From: a virus
Taxonomy: Duplodnaviria; Caudoviricetes
IMG/VR virus record: IMGVR_UViG_2830247124_000001
Location: 44,995-108,994 of that record
Reading direction: 5' to 3' (one strand)
DNA length: 64,000 nt
Part shown: piece by piece, positions 63,807 through 64,000 of the stretch
Layout of the letters: each line of letters begins with the position of its first letter
Position numbering within the stretch: the first letter of the stretch is position 1
Notes under the pieces: generated by a model
What the model was told of the DNA's origin: nothing
Database searches by the model: none
What the model saw: the letters and a program-made list of their open reading frames with translations, nothing else
Made by a program: the position numbers and the translations under genes

Positions 63807-64000
63807 CTATTTAGGGCATGTTACACCGATGGTCCTCCAGGTACTTTTTATTGTCTTGCAGTACCGCCGCATTAGACGGTCGGTATTTTTATTTTCAGAG
63901 GACTGATACTCAATCGACTCTGGAAGTCCCATTTGCTCAGGACTGAGCCCAAAAGCGATGTTCATAAGCACCATACCAATGATCTCCGCTTCTATCTCGT
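63807..64000 (-). CDS. Partial CDS (C-terminus)
   Basis: Open frame EIEAEIIGMVLMNIAFG...WRTIGVTCPK* running in from the window edge. Confidence 0.45.
   Translation of the reverse strand, partial: EIEAEIIGMVLMNIAFGLSPEQMGLPESIEYQSSENKNTDRLMRRYCKTIKSTWRTIGVTCPK

Noticed and set aside
1-64000. Stop-codon reassignment or an archaeal host
   Set aside because: Genes tile densely under the standard code with TAA, TAG and TGA all used as stops. RecA, tmRNA, SSB and peptidoglycan hydrolases indicate a bacterial host.

Overview
This is a 64-kb segment of a GC-rich, tailed dsDNA phage with a strongly acidic proteome. A bacterial RecA, a tmRNA, a lytic transglycosylase and a CHAP-like hydrolase point to a halophilic bacterial host; a Salinibacter/Rhodothermota-like host is my inference. 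Bases 1-50747 (+ strand) hold the lysis, packaging and podovirus-like virion module: small terminase, large terminase with a class 3 LAGLIDADG intein, portal, scaffold, major capsid, paralogous adaptor proteins, a 3210-aa tail fibre, a Fic gene, a tail nozzle-like protein, candidate ejection proteins including a 4815-aa polyvalent protein, and a transglycosylase. Bases 50759-64000 (- strand) hold replication, nucleotide-metabolism and accessory genes (chorismate mutase, recA, dNMP kinase, thyA, HAD nucleotidase, dut, nuclease, ssb, RuvC-like). The most notable signals are non-coding: (1) a 537-nt tmRNA with a 43-codon tag frame; (2) an unannotated ~306-nt, pseudoknot-rich structured element beside ssb; (3) a 16-bp AT-rich palindrome, TCAAATAATTATTTGA, found at least 10 times across both arms, including inside genes; (4) structured leaders before the capsid and second lysis genes. 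All calls come from reading motifs by eye; no database searches or folding programs were run.
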